A stretch of DNA of 63,351 nucleotides, filler included, from Pelomyxa schiedti (taxonomy: Eukaryota; Protista; Evosea): NCBI GenBank assembly GCA_020536535.1. It is 5 parts of 5 records of this genome, joined end to end, with 100 filler letters (N's around TTAATTAATTAA, not from the genome) between each part and the next. Parts side by side here need not be neighbours in the genome. Positions count along the whole stretch, not along the records: positions 1 to 26,490 come from JAHLWZ010000517.1; 4 more parts are not named here. One strand, given 5' to 3'. The position numbers were made by a program, and so were the translations under genes. The first letter of the stretch is position 1, and the number at the start of each line of letters is the position of its first letter. A model generated the notes under the pieces. The model saw only the letters and a list, made by a program, of their open reading frames with translations. It was not told the DNA's origin and searched no databases. This document shows positions 1 to 16,733 of this stretch, piece by piece.

Positions 1-278
1 GTATCCTATATACTCATGGCCACCTCTGAATCCACATCAGCATCACAGTCACTATCCTCACACACCAATTTCCCTTCTTCCTTGTCATCACTATAAGCAA
101 CAACACAATAATTGTTCTTATCCCCCCAAGATTTCACAATCAGAGAAATCTGCCTGAGACTGGTCCAAGAAGGTTAAGAACAATGTCAAGACTGAGGAGG
201 CGGGTATTTCCACAGTGTAACCAGTAGAGCTTTGGTATTATTGATTGTGGGTCAGAGAATTGCTGAGATTCAACGGCG

Positions 279-2386
279 ATGCAGATTTTCGTTAGAACGG
301 CGACGGGTGGTACTATAACGCTGGATGTGGAGCCAACTGACACCGTCAGGTCATTGAAAGCAAAACTGGAGGGTGTGCGGGCATTGTGGGACATTAGCTC
401 ATGTCCTGACAGCGCGTTTTCATCGGCGAAACAACGTCTTGGGACGCGTTCCGTCTCTCACATGAAACAAAAATAAAAATCAGATCGCGGTGAGATTTCT
501 GTGGAACAACAGAGGCTTGTATTTTCGGGAAAGGTGTTGGAGGATGAAAGGGCACTCCATGAGTACCGCATTCAAAAGGAATCAGTTGTGCACCTCGTGG
601 TGAGACTGAGGGGTGGCCCTGGATATTACATACGGTGCACTCTTCCAAATGGAAAGAAATGGCATTCTGACTACATTACACCTGACACCAAGTTCAAGGT
701 TGGCCACATTTCCTGTATATTTTTGCGAATAGGCACCTGCTTTTCATTTTCCGTGTCACAGACATAAAAAAGGTGAAGGACTTGATTGCGGAGTGTAAAA
801 AACGAGTTGACCAGGATTATGACGTGGAAATTAATGGATGCCCAGTCAGCGACCAGGAGCTCATTATCGACCAACACTTTCACTCAGGCAGTGTCACTGT
901 GTTGTGTCAGTATCATTCTGCCAAAGTTGAACTACAACAACTAAAAGCAGAGATTGATAAGCTCACAGAACAAGTAGTACTGAAGCAGCACCAGATAGAC
1001 CAACAACATGAACAGATAACACAGCTCCAAGTACAGGTTGAGGTGATGATTAGAAGTGAAACTAATGCATTTCATCAGGTCGAGGATCTGAGCACACAAC
1101 TGCACAACCAAGTTGAAGCTAACCTGAATCTAAGAAAACAACTGGAAGAGCAGACTGGGGTACCAGTGACATCAATAACCACACACCGAAACAGTGTTAA
1201 TGCACAATCACTTGCTCTGACTCTGCTTGGATCATTTGACAAACATAAATCACTTCGAGAAACGCTTGTGAATGCGTTGAAGGAAACAGATACATATTTC
1301 TCGTGGCTCTCCAGTACTCGTTACATCATTTCCAGTGTTCAGACTGCAATCACAGAATCAGAAGGAATGAGGGAGAAACTCAGTGAGGGTGCTGAGAAGT
1401 TGAATGCTGCCAATCTGAAATGCAGTGCAACGTTGCAACACATCCTTTGCGAAGACCTGTCAACAAAAAACACAGAGCAAGAGCTTGAGAACGCGAGCCA
1501 AACTCTTCTTGAACTGATGGTCAAATGTTCTCAAATCAAAGTCAACGTGGAGCCCCCTTTGCCTGGAATTAGAAACAAGAGCAGTGCCCCTGAAGCACAA
1601 GTGTGTCACTCCTGTTCATCACTCTCTCAACTCTTTTCAGAATTTGGAATCGCTGCTCAGTTCCTTGACAAGTGACGGAATTGTTGATGCGAGAGGGATT
1701 CAACAAATTCAAGAAATGCCAAGCTTGACTCACCTTTCACGGCTCCCAAAAGAGGTTTCTGCATTTTGTTCTCACTTTCCAGCCGATCCTTGCAGTGACA
1801 TTCAGTATGAAGGACAAATGGCTGTCAAAGAAATTGAAGAAACAAATTCCAAGCTTGCAGCAGCAAAACAAAATTTGCAGAGTGAACAAAAGAGGTGTGA
1901 AAACATTCTTCAGCAATTCAATGATGCCAGTGGGTTCTTCACAGCACTTCAGTGTGACGCAACAGCAACAATGACGCCAGAGATGCACGAAAAAGTGAAG
2001 TCATCTCTTGTTGCGGCACAGAAACAAGTCATGCTCCTTTTGGCAATGAAGAAAGTTGCTTCACTTCAAAACCCACTTGTTGGTGCACCTGGAACAACAA
2101 CGGTCTCTCCATTTTCACCGGCAACCACACCCAGTGACCATAACCGCACACTGTGCACTGAATGTGACAGTGAGCCCATTTCGGTTACATTCCACCCCTG
2201 TGGCCATTCTGTGTGCTGCTCCTCTGTGTGTATCCTTCTCCTTCCACTGTTCCTGGTTGCCTTTCCAACAACAACACACAGTGTGCCAACGTGCTGAAGA
2301 AATGTCCATTTCCCCTGTGCAGAGTACCCATTCAGGCTCGAAATGGTCTGATTAATGGACTGACTCTCAACAAACAGAACTCTTGA
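279..2386 (+). CDS. Ubiquitin-like + second beta-grasp-like domain + coiled coil + C-terminal RING protein (multi-exon), copy 1
   Basis: [30 protein letters not shown], intron ~373-483, then [13 protein letters not shown]...[12 protein letters not shown]-rich coiled coil follows. C-terminal [38 protein letters not shown] is an IAP/MDM2-like RING pattern split by a GT-AG intron. Stop TGA at 2384-2386. Confidence 0.85.
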
Positions 2387-2508
2387 CGGAATCATACAGG
2401 TTAGGGGACTAGAACACAACCACAATGAACAGAAGACAATAACATTGTAACTACAGTACTCCAATGCAGCCATCGAAGTTTTTTGTCATCACACATCTTT
2501 TCTCCAAA

Positions 2509-4708
<2,200 letters not shown>

Positions 4709-4743
4709 CCCCCAACGACAAAGTCACCGAAATTTTCCTGTAA

Positions 4744-7700
4744 ATGGAAATTTACATCAGACATTTGACGGGAGAGACGATAACGCTTGAAGTTGAACAA
4801 AATGAGAGTGTTGCCCGTGTGAAAGCAAGAATATATGGTGTGCGTTGTCGCGCTGCACGTTTTATTTCCCTTTGGTGATGGGCGTAACGCAGTGCTCCCT
4901 CACATCAAAATAAGCCAAGGAACACATCCCCCCCGACCAACAGCGGCTGTTTTATATGGGAAAACAATTGGAGAATGAAAGAACACTCGCCGATTACGGC
5001 ATTTATCGGTACGAAGCACTGCACCTTGTTTTGAGACCTTTTCGTAAGCCTGGGTATTTCATACAGTGCACCCTTCCAAATGGGCAAAAATGGGATTCCG
5101 GTTACATTGGGCTTGAATGCGATTTTAAGGTTAACCTACCAATTTACTGGTGCATCAATTCATTTTCAGATGGGTTTTCATCCAACACAAAAAGGTGAAG
5201 GACCTGATTGCAGAGTGTATAAAACGAGCTGACCTTTATACGGTCGAAATTAATGGGTGCCCAGTCGATGACAAAGAGCTCATTATTCACCATAAATTTC
5301 CCTCAGGGGGTGTTACCCTCACCGTCACATGTAAGGACCGCCTAGCTGAAGTGGAGGCACAAAAAACCAGGGACCTCGAACAGCAACTTCTACATCATAG
5401 ACAAAATTTTCAGAAACTGCAGGCAGAGGTCGATAGCCAGATACAACTGTTGGCACGGCAGCAACAGGAAATTGACCATCAAAATCAACAGATAACACAG
5501 CTGCAAACACAGGTCCAATTGCTAATAAAAGAAGTGGACTAACGATATTCATCAGGTTGAACAGCTGAACACGCAACTGCACAACCAAGTGACAGACAAT
5601 TTTCGTTTACAACATCAGCTGGAAGAACACACGACAAAAGGTGAACTTGACCGCCAGAAACGGAATGAAGAAGTGTGTTTGTGTTTGTTGTTTAATTACA
5701 AAATCTCCATCTGCACAGCTCCACAGGGTACAAGAACAGCATCTGTCGGGCTTGACTGCAAAAAACGAGGGTTTTAACCTTTCTCTTGTTGTTAACTTCT
5801 CAACACCACCTTTCCCAAAAAAAAAGAATTGATGGAACTGATAGCAACATTGGAGGAAGAAAGTGCAAATAACTTGAAGATCTTTTGTGACGACAGAGCA
5901 TCTGACCAACAAAGACTTCGTGATCTCCAACACTGTATGTGGCCCAATCTCACCCGACCACATGATAACCCACTCTAACTGTCAAGCAGACACAAATCAT
6001 GTGTTGTCACATGTTGAACAAGGAGAAGGCACGTGGTGCAACATTCTCCCGAACAACAGCTGCAGGCGTTCACAAATCAGGATTGCGTTTGAGGATATTC
6101 CATTTTTTGATGAAATTGTGTGTGGGTCCTGTCCTCTTCAAATGGTACTTCCCCCAGTTTTTCCTGTTGTTTGCTGTTGCTCACTGCCACAGGTCGTAAA
6201 GCTCATCATTTCAAGGAAGTTTGGAGTTGAACAAACACAACAAGCCATTTTCACTGTTGGTTCACATAACAACTCTGAAGAACTGTTGACCGATTCATCC
6301 AGAACCTTGGATGACATCAAACAGCAACAAGGCACCAGCACAGATCGTATTTTTCTAGTCAAGGTGAGAATCAAATCAACCATGGCGATACAAGAGAGAG
6401 ACCTCAAAGTTGTTTCCACACTCGGAGTGGGATCGTATGGAACTGTTTTCAAGTGCACCTTCCACAATGCGGCTACTTCCTCAGAAACATTTGTGGCAGT
6501 GAAATCACTTCACGAAATCATCAAGTCTGAGTTCAACATCACCAAATTTCAGCAGGAAGCCCTGGTAAGAGAGTTCTGATCCTGTGTTTCATTCAGAAAC
6601 TCACTCTACACAGATTTCGTCAACCTTGAGGCACCCCAACATTGTGAGATGCCTGGGGACGTGCATAACCAGCACAGGGGCACTCTGGATCGTCTCTGAA
6701 CTCATGGAAACTAGTATCAGACAGCTCCTTCAATATGTTGTGCTCCTTGCTCCTTGTGTTGGACTCACAATTATAAATATAAATATGCGTTGTACAGAAA
6801 AATTTAGCATTCACGGAAGTTGTGGCAGTCTCTTCAGGAATTGCCAAAGGAATGATTGCCCTCCACAGGTTTCTTTTTATTGTTGTGTTTACCAAATTTA
6901 TGCAACAGGAGGAATTTCATGCACCGGGACCTGAGCAGCAACAATGTTCTCCTGGATTCTTGTGGAATTCCAAAAATTGCTGATCTTGGTTATTTATTAT
7001 GACGACTTATTCGCATTTCGTAATTTGTGATTGCAGGACTGTCGAGAGCTCTCCCAAGCTATGGTGGCCCAGGCAGTGGTGCTCTACTTCGGACTTTCAC
7101 AAATGGGGCTGGAACACCAGTTTACCTGCCACCACAGATGGCCACTCATCACTACGGAATTCGAGGTTCGGAAAACACCAGACACCCTCGCACTGATCTT
7201 CCATCTAAAGGTGACATGTGGCAGTTTGCAGTTTTATTGAGTGAACTTCTCAGAGGCACCATTCCAGAGGCCACTCCACCAAAGGCTGCCAGTCAGATTC
7301 TCGAGTTCATGAGGATCCAGAGAACCCAGCTGTCACCCCCCGAAATTGCCGGTTCGTTTTCTGCCGAAGTCGAAGTCTCCCTCTCTGACTTACAACACAC
7401 TCACAGAAGTAAACCGGCTTTGCAGCGACGCCGGAGACATTTCCATTGCGGAGTGCCTCAGCCGGAGGAATGCAATCATTGACGCACTGCACTTGGACCC
7501 AAAGTTGCACAACACTGACCCGGCGTGTGTTGGTCAGTTTTCACTCGTTGTTGAGTCTTGCCTCTCAATCCTTGGTTCGTTATTCCCCCCGATCCAGTTA
7601 AATTAATTATGAAAAATACAGTGCCGGACCCAAAATAGCTATTAAATTTAAATTAATCGCTCGTATCCTCAGATAACACTCACACGCCACACAGAGATCA

Positions 7701-7930
7701 ACCGGCCATCGTTTCCGGTGATTGACAGAATGCTTATGACATGTGCGGAGATCATATTCGCCGATTGTTGGGACGCCTCCACAGCCACCAACACCGCTCC
7801 CATAATAACCACTGATAACGACGTGGCCACTCGCGTTGCTGCGTGCCTTGCAAATCTCGCTACATCTTTCCCTGGCAGGCACAATCACCCTCCACCATCA
7901 ACAACTGCATCATCTTCCCGGTCGTCATGA
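4744..7930 (+). CDS. Ubiquitin-like + UbL + coiled coil + protein kinase (TKL-like), multi-exon
   Basis: [23 protein letters not shown] ubiquitin-like start. Kinase motifs [38 protein letters not shown] and GTPVYLPPQ lie across short introns. Confidence 0.8.
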
Positions 7931-8128
7931 TACACACCAACGAGAACAGTAGCTACTCATGAATACTAACACAAAAGACCCCTGCCCCAGGATCTCACGT
8001 TTGGTTTCCTGAGTGGAAAAGTAAGAGTCCGTGCAGTGTCAAAAAGCAAAAAAAAAAAAAAACGCCGTGATCGACATCTAATCAATTTCCACGAAAGCAA
8101 GCATTGCTATTGAAATATTTCTTCTGAA

Positions 8129-10504
8129 ATGAAAGGTATGCGTGCACTCCGTCCTCAAAAAAAATATGTTTAAATAATAGAGAAATAATTTTTGTTTACC
8201 TTTCTCTCCACACAGGCCAACAAGTGGACAACTCCAACCGCGACACAACAACAACAGCAACCACAGTTGCGTTCACGAACCCAGCCACGGCTAGCACACA
8301 CCCCACAAACCACCGCACAACCCCCCAAAGCGTTGTTGCGATGTCACGGATAGTGTGGGACTGGGTGGTGCCGTGGCTCATACCGCGGCACCATCGGCAC
8401 CACCTACCACTGTCGCGCAACCAGTGGCCCGCCCTCCACCAAAAGCACGCCGCGCGGCTGTGCGCCGTGGCCGAGGGACTGTTCCCGCTTGTTTCGCGGG
8501 TGTGCTCGTCACTCGTGAGCCACTATGACAGCCACTACCAAGTACTCACCGCAGCTGCCGCTGCCGGGGCCACGTCGTGTATAAGCTGGCTTATCAAGAG
8601 CCACAACATGGGCCGGGGCACAAGCGGTGATATGAATAGCACTGGTGCTACGGCTGATGGATGGGAGCGAGAGGGCTGTGATGGAGAGGAGAGGGTTATT
8701 GTGCTGAGGAGGATGAGGAGGAGAGCAGAAAAGGAGTTCATTCGTGTGCTTGGGGGGTTGTGTTTTGGGGGTCATTTGGAAGTAGCACAGAAGCTGGTTG
8801 ATGGGTACTTTCCAGGGATTGTGTGGCCAGGTTGCAGTGACAGGGGTGAAAGCAGCAGCGCCGTTGCTTTAGAGGTTAAACTCAGTGATTACGTTAGGTC
8901 TTCTGACCTGTTGGAAAGGGTGTGCGCAATGGGGCACACTGATTTGGTGAAGTGGATGGTTGACCAATTCAACATCAGGGAGCCTTGGGAGTTTGTGCAG
9001 CCTTTCGTGCAGGCTGTAGCGGGAGGCCACTTAGATTTGGCCAAGTGGATGTTCAATACATTCAATTTGCTGCAAATACTCAGTAAATCGGATGCGTTTG
9101 ACACCTTGGAGATACACCAAAGTGCTTGTTACAGTGGGAACCTGGATGTTCTCAAGTGGTGCATGGAAATCTTCCCTCTGGAAGATGATGAAGACATGGC
9201 CTGGGATTTATTTTCATCTTGTTTAAGGGGAACCAACAGTAACTGTGTTGATGTGTGCCAATACATCAAAGACCACCTCCCTGTTCCTTCCCTACTATCC
9301 TCGTCACCATTCAAAAGAATCAAGAGGCTTGATGTTCTGAAGTGGGCGATTTCTTCATTCCCTTCTTTGTTCAGCACTCCACGCACCTTTAAGCATTTGG
9401 AGGATCTTTGTGCAACCCCAGATGGGCTTACATATGCCGTGGAGGTGCTCCCACCATCAACATCACTGCTTAGAGTGGTATGCAGAATGAAGAAAGGCAA
9501 CAACACTCCAGTTGTGAAATTGCTGTTATCGAGGATGACACTTTCCCAAGAGGAGGTCAGTGAGGCTTTCTGCACCTCATTGGCCAACAACAACGTCTCG
9601 ATTGCATCTTGGTTGGATGAGACCTTCCACATCCTGAATACTAGCTCGCGATCCACTTCTGTAGGACCTATTCTTGTTGAGATGTGCAAAGCAATCAGTT
9701 CTCCTTCCGGGGATTTCCTGAGTAGAGAGGGTTTGGAATGGCTTGTGAACCACCCGTCAATGAGAGGTGTTGAGGAGAGGTTCGTAGGTGAAGCTATTGA
9801 GAAACTTGTATCGAGGGGAATGTGCCACATCCCACTCCTCATGATTGAAAGGTTTCCAATCTCGGAGCCAAAGAGGTCAAAACTACTGGTTAGTGTTCTT
9901 ACCGGAAGTATCCAGTGGTACACAATCACACAAGTGAAGAAGGTCATTTCAATGGGAAACTTCACCAAAGAGTCTGTTACCATGTGCCTCACAAATCCTA
10001 CTGGTGCGCAGTCAACCAAAGTTGTGAAGTGGCTGGCCTCACATTTCCAACTCGGACACAAGCACACCACAGCTGAGAACAACAGCCTGATGTACAACTT
10101 GCTCATTTGGGGACAGGGGAGTTGCGCAGAATGGCTCATAAACAAGTTCCACATCACCCTAACTGAGGTTACTTCCTTGTCCCCTATCTACAACCAACCC
10201 TTTTTCTCAGTTTTCTGGCTTCTCATCATTGGAAACGCCCTCTTTCCTTGAGACTGACTTGGCCACCTGGAAGACCTTCCTCGAGGTGTTCCAAGGCATA
10301 ACAACAACTCTGATCAAGAAGAACTTCTTCCTTCAATTTGCGTGCCAGTCACCAATCATTGCACAGTACACAATGAGGAGATTTCCTGACCTGACCATGC
10401 ATGACATTGTCAATTTCTGCTCCGAAACACCAAAGTACAACCTCTCCCTGAATACCATTTTTTGGCTGCAGCAGATCCACCCCAACATTTGGGCTTCACC
10501 TTGA
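8129..10504 (+). CDS. Degenerate ankyrin-like/helical repeat protein, lineage-expanded family
   Basis: 675-aa ORF with repeated (C/A)xxGHL(D/E)(V/L)xKW motifs. Probable first micro-exon ATGAAAG at 8129. An intron at ~10168-10210 joins it to ORF 10229-10504. Confidence 0.7.
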
Positions 10505-12279
10505 CCTCAAAAAAAAAAAAGCTGTGTGGAATAAATGGCTGAATACAAAAAACTCCGTACCGTCGCGTTTCTAAAGTTGAGCTTGTGTTGATTCGATCAG
10601 GTCGGTACACATCGAATTCAAAGAATAAGCGGGTGATTGGACGTAACAACAAGCACGGACATGGAGCGTTTTCACACACAAGTGAAGGAGTGCCTCGTGC
10701 AAAACATCAACCAAGGAATGCAATCATTTTTGCTGCAGCAGGGTTCTCAACGTCGGAAGACATTGAGTACACTAAGCAGTGTTGTTCAGTTGTAGTTAGA
10801 ATAGTATGCTATGATACAGTGGCCCACTGTTGTGTGTTGTATTTAAACTATATATCTACCCTGCATATATATCTTTGAGTCCGGGTGTATAATTTTACCG
10901 TTAAAAGACTGGGAAATTTAATTTTTTTGGAATTTTTTTTTCGAGATCTCCTCAACAGGACCTGCTTGCCCGCGGGTGTGTGGCTGTGTTCATGGGGGTT
11001 GTCAAGTAACCCCCGAGGGCCCCTGTTGGGGCACCCAAGTCCTTGCTGTTGTTGCAAAAAAACGAAATTGCCTTATGTTAGCTTCTGTGGGCTCGAGAAT
11101 AAGCCCCACAGAGGAAGAAAACGAGTGAGAGTGAAGAGAATAAAGGGTTCTCTTGTTTGTTCTCGTCGTTGTTGTGTAAAGGGATAAAAAGGGAGTGTGT
11201 AAAATCTCGCAGAGCGGTTGTGCGATTGGGTTAAAAGGCTGCGATGTTCAAATGGATTCTCGGACAAGTGTGCATGTAATCAAAACTGCCTGCCACGTTG
11301 TTGTTGCTGTATTTGTGCGCCCAGCTGCGCTGTGCGCTGATCATTACCTTCGCTGTCTCATTCTGGTAATAGTCCAGATTCGGCTCAGTCCTCAGTCTCT
11401 CCAATCCCGCTAAAGTGCACCAGACTTCAGAGCCTCGCGAGCAAGGCTGAGTTTGTGTACTTTGTGGAAGTACACACTTATCAGGCAAATTATGCACCCG
11501 GACTCAAAGAGATATGTGGTCAATTTTAACATCGATTTCTTCTTCTTCCAGGGGGACATTCAAGGACAAAATGCCTTGATGTCAACAATCAAATTCCCAA
11601 CATCTCCTTCTGATGGGATTGACATGGCACAGCTTCAACTTATGTTCAAGAAATTTGTTGAAGAGCACACAAGTGCCAATGGCAGAAAAGACCACCAAAT
11701 GGCTCACTAGGACACTCCTGCACATTGTTGGTCACATCCCACAGGAGACTTTGAAATGACACAAGCTCCACTTCAGCAACAAATAATAGTACACATTATT
11801 AGAGAGGACTACTACTTACTATTCACCGGCTACTACTTCTACTCCTCTTATAATAATATCACTGACATATAATACACAGCTATTATTATTATTGTACAAA
11901 TAGTAAATCCAGGATACCAGAAATTTATAAACCTCTACCACACACACTCTTACTTACTTGTACTATACAGGCCTATATATGCATTCTGAGGAGGGGGAGG
12001 GGGATGCACATGTGGGGATACACTCTGTGGAAGGGTGTATCATTCACACACACCTGGTATTCTGTTTATAGAACCCACACCTGCACCCCTCCTCCCTCAT
12101 TCTCCTTGTTCTCCAGTGTTCTCCCACTACCCACCCCAATGTAATGATTGTCATGGCTTGTGTGAGTAGTATCTTGGTGTTGTTCTTGGACTCTGTTTTA
12201 GAAAAAAAAGGAAAAAAAAATTTGGATGTTAGAAGTGCAAATTAAAAATTTGAGCCAAATTACCTCCATCACCAGAAAT

Positions 12280-12500
12280 GCACTTGAAAGTGAAGTCGGC
12301 TTTGCATGTGGCACAGAAACAAGTCATGCTCCTTCTGGCAATGAAAAGGATGCCTGCCAATCAAACAGCTCTGCACCCTGCACTACCCCATCTCACCAGA
12401 TGGAAATTCCCCATCCTCATACCCACTGTGCATCGAATGTGACAGGGAGCCCATTTCAGTGCATTCCACCCTGTGGTCATTCTGTGTGCTGCTCAGCTGT
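12280..12500 (+). pseudogene. Frameshifted relic of the 3' (RING) end of the Ub-RING family
   Basis: Sequence matches ~4358-4575 (GAAATGCAC..GAAAGTGAAGTC...TGTGACAGGGAGCCCATTTCAGT...TGTGGTCATTCTGTGTG) with indels. No upstream exons are present. Confidence 0.75.
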
Positions 12501-12566
12501 GTGTTCTTGTCAGGGATTGTCCTCATTCTGCCTGGCCACAGTGTCGAGATTGATCTTTCGTTGAAA

Positions 12567-14667
<2,101 letters not shown>

Positions 14668-14906
14668 CCAGGGGAGATTGTTTGAAAAAGCCAAGCAGTG
14701 CCCTCATATCTTCTGACCAACAATTAAGCAATCTTTCTAAAGAATAAGACGGAATGCCATAACACTAGAAAAAGTAAAAACTTGGTGCACTCACCAGGGC
14801 CAACTGGTCTGGTGCAACTTGTCAGAGAAGAATCGGCTCATTCTCTGACAAGCTCCACCAGGCAAGAAAAGCCCCGAGTGTCGCCTGCAAAAAAAAAAAA
14901 AAACAA

Positions 14907-16347
14907 ATGGGGAACAACCAGCCACCATCACTCAAGAATATTGCTGACAGCAGTAACAGTGACAGGAACCATAATGGCACGGACACGGGAACCAGGAGGG
15001 CTGGCGGTAGTGGTAGTATTAAGAACAAGCCGTTGATAACTTGTAGTGGGGTTGTTGAGCCGTGGGACGGTCGTGGTGACGTGTACGACAAGTTGGTACT
15101 CATCGGCGAGACATGCACCGGCGCAAAAACATCACTCGTTAACAGGTTAATAAAATCGAGCCATCCAATTAGTATTTCTTCATTGTGGGTGGGGGCTATT
15201 GCTATTTCTTTTGTTTTGTATTTTCTTTGGGTTGTGGTGATGTATTAGTTAGGTTCACAAGGGACGCGTTTATAGAACCAACTGAATCGACCATAGGGGC
15301 TGCTTTTCAGGTACACTCTGGCCGTCACTCTTTGCCAGGGTATAGTCCCTTCATTACCAACTGCTATCTTCGTAATTACGGACCTTGTAATTTCCCACAG
15401 AGGCAGGATCAGGCTGGAACTGTGGGACACTGCAGGTTGGTTTCTTCCCCTCGCTGCAATGAGTTAAATGTATGCACTCAGGTCAAGAGAGGCAAGTTTT
15501 TTTTGTTTTTTCACGGTCATATTTCCCCCAAGATTTGATTCTCTCACGCCAATGTATATCCGCGGATCAGTTGTGGCTATTGTGGGGTATTTTTTCCTGT
15601 CCAAACTTTGAAAAAAAAAGAGTCACCCTGATAGTTACGAGATAACAAACGCCGAGACATTGAAGAGAGCTGAGGTGTGGCTCTCACGGGTAATTCTTCA
15701 TTCCACTTTCCTGAATTCAGTTCCACGAGCTTTTAGATGGTAGAACGGCATGCACAATGCCATACGGTGATACTAGTTGGAAATAAACTAGATTTGGCAA
15801 ATCGCAGATTAGTACCGAAAGCCGCTGCAGAAGAGGTAGCAAAGCAATACAGTATGTTTCTTCGTCTCTTCCGGATTTCCTAATGCGTCACACAGAATTC
15901 TTTTTCATTGAAACAAGCTGCAAAACAGGACAGAATGTCCGCGAAGCATTTTCCGTTGCCGTACTTCTAGCCATGCTACACGACTGCTCCTCACGATTCC
16001 TAGCATGCCGCGAGTCACCAAAGTGGTGCACCGACTTCCGCAAGCACATATACAAGTTACACACCAATCCTGAAACAGGCTACCCGGTATTTGGCACCGT
16101 AGTCGAACCAGAATACCTTATGATGTGGCTAGAATGGTATCACATACACCACTTACTGATTCCGTTCCTGTGCACCCGGCATGCCAGTATTCTACCCACA
16201 TTCACACGCAGGGACATATTATCGTGGGTGTATCCATGGGCCCTACCCTGGCTATCTCACCTCAGGAAATTGGGCCTTATTGATCCATCACCACCTCAGT
16301 TACAGCCTCTGTTCATACATTTGGCCATGGGACTAATTCACCTATGA
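14907..16347 (+). CDS. Atypical Rab5-related small GTPase with N-terminal Gly and C-terminal extension
   Basis: KLVLIGETCTGAKTSLV, ESTIGAAF (Rab5-type effector loop), WDTAGQERF, GNKLD and ETSCK assembled across about 8 short introns. Confidence 0.8.
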
Positions 16348-16733
16348 CGATTCAGTGAGCAGATGAAAATCCCCCCACGTCATCACTTGTGATTTATGAA
16401 CACCAGTCACACCTGTGAGTTACAGTACTTTTTTTTTTTTTACAAAATAACTAACCCAACGGAGGAAAATCTTCTGACCACAACACCTTGAAGTCCATCT
16501 ACGTGATTGGCGATAGCTAATGACTTATGTGCTTTGATGTTGTTGTGCTCAGGAAACACCTAACCTGGGCCCATCGTGCTGATACGGAAATAACATAACT
16601 ACCAATAGAGATGGTCTCGGATCCTCCCTCAGGTGAGGGGTTTCAGCTATTTAAAGAGCTTCTGATTGCTTCTTTCGAGAATCACAAAACAAAAACAAAA
16701 TCAAAGAACACAAAAAAGGGGACGTAGGCGGAG

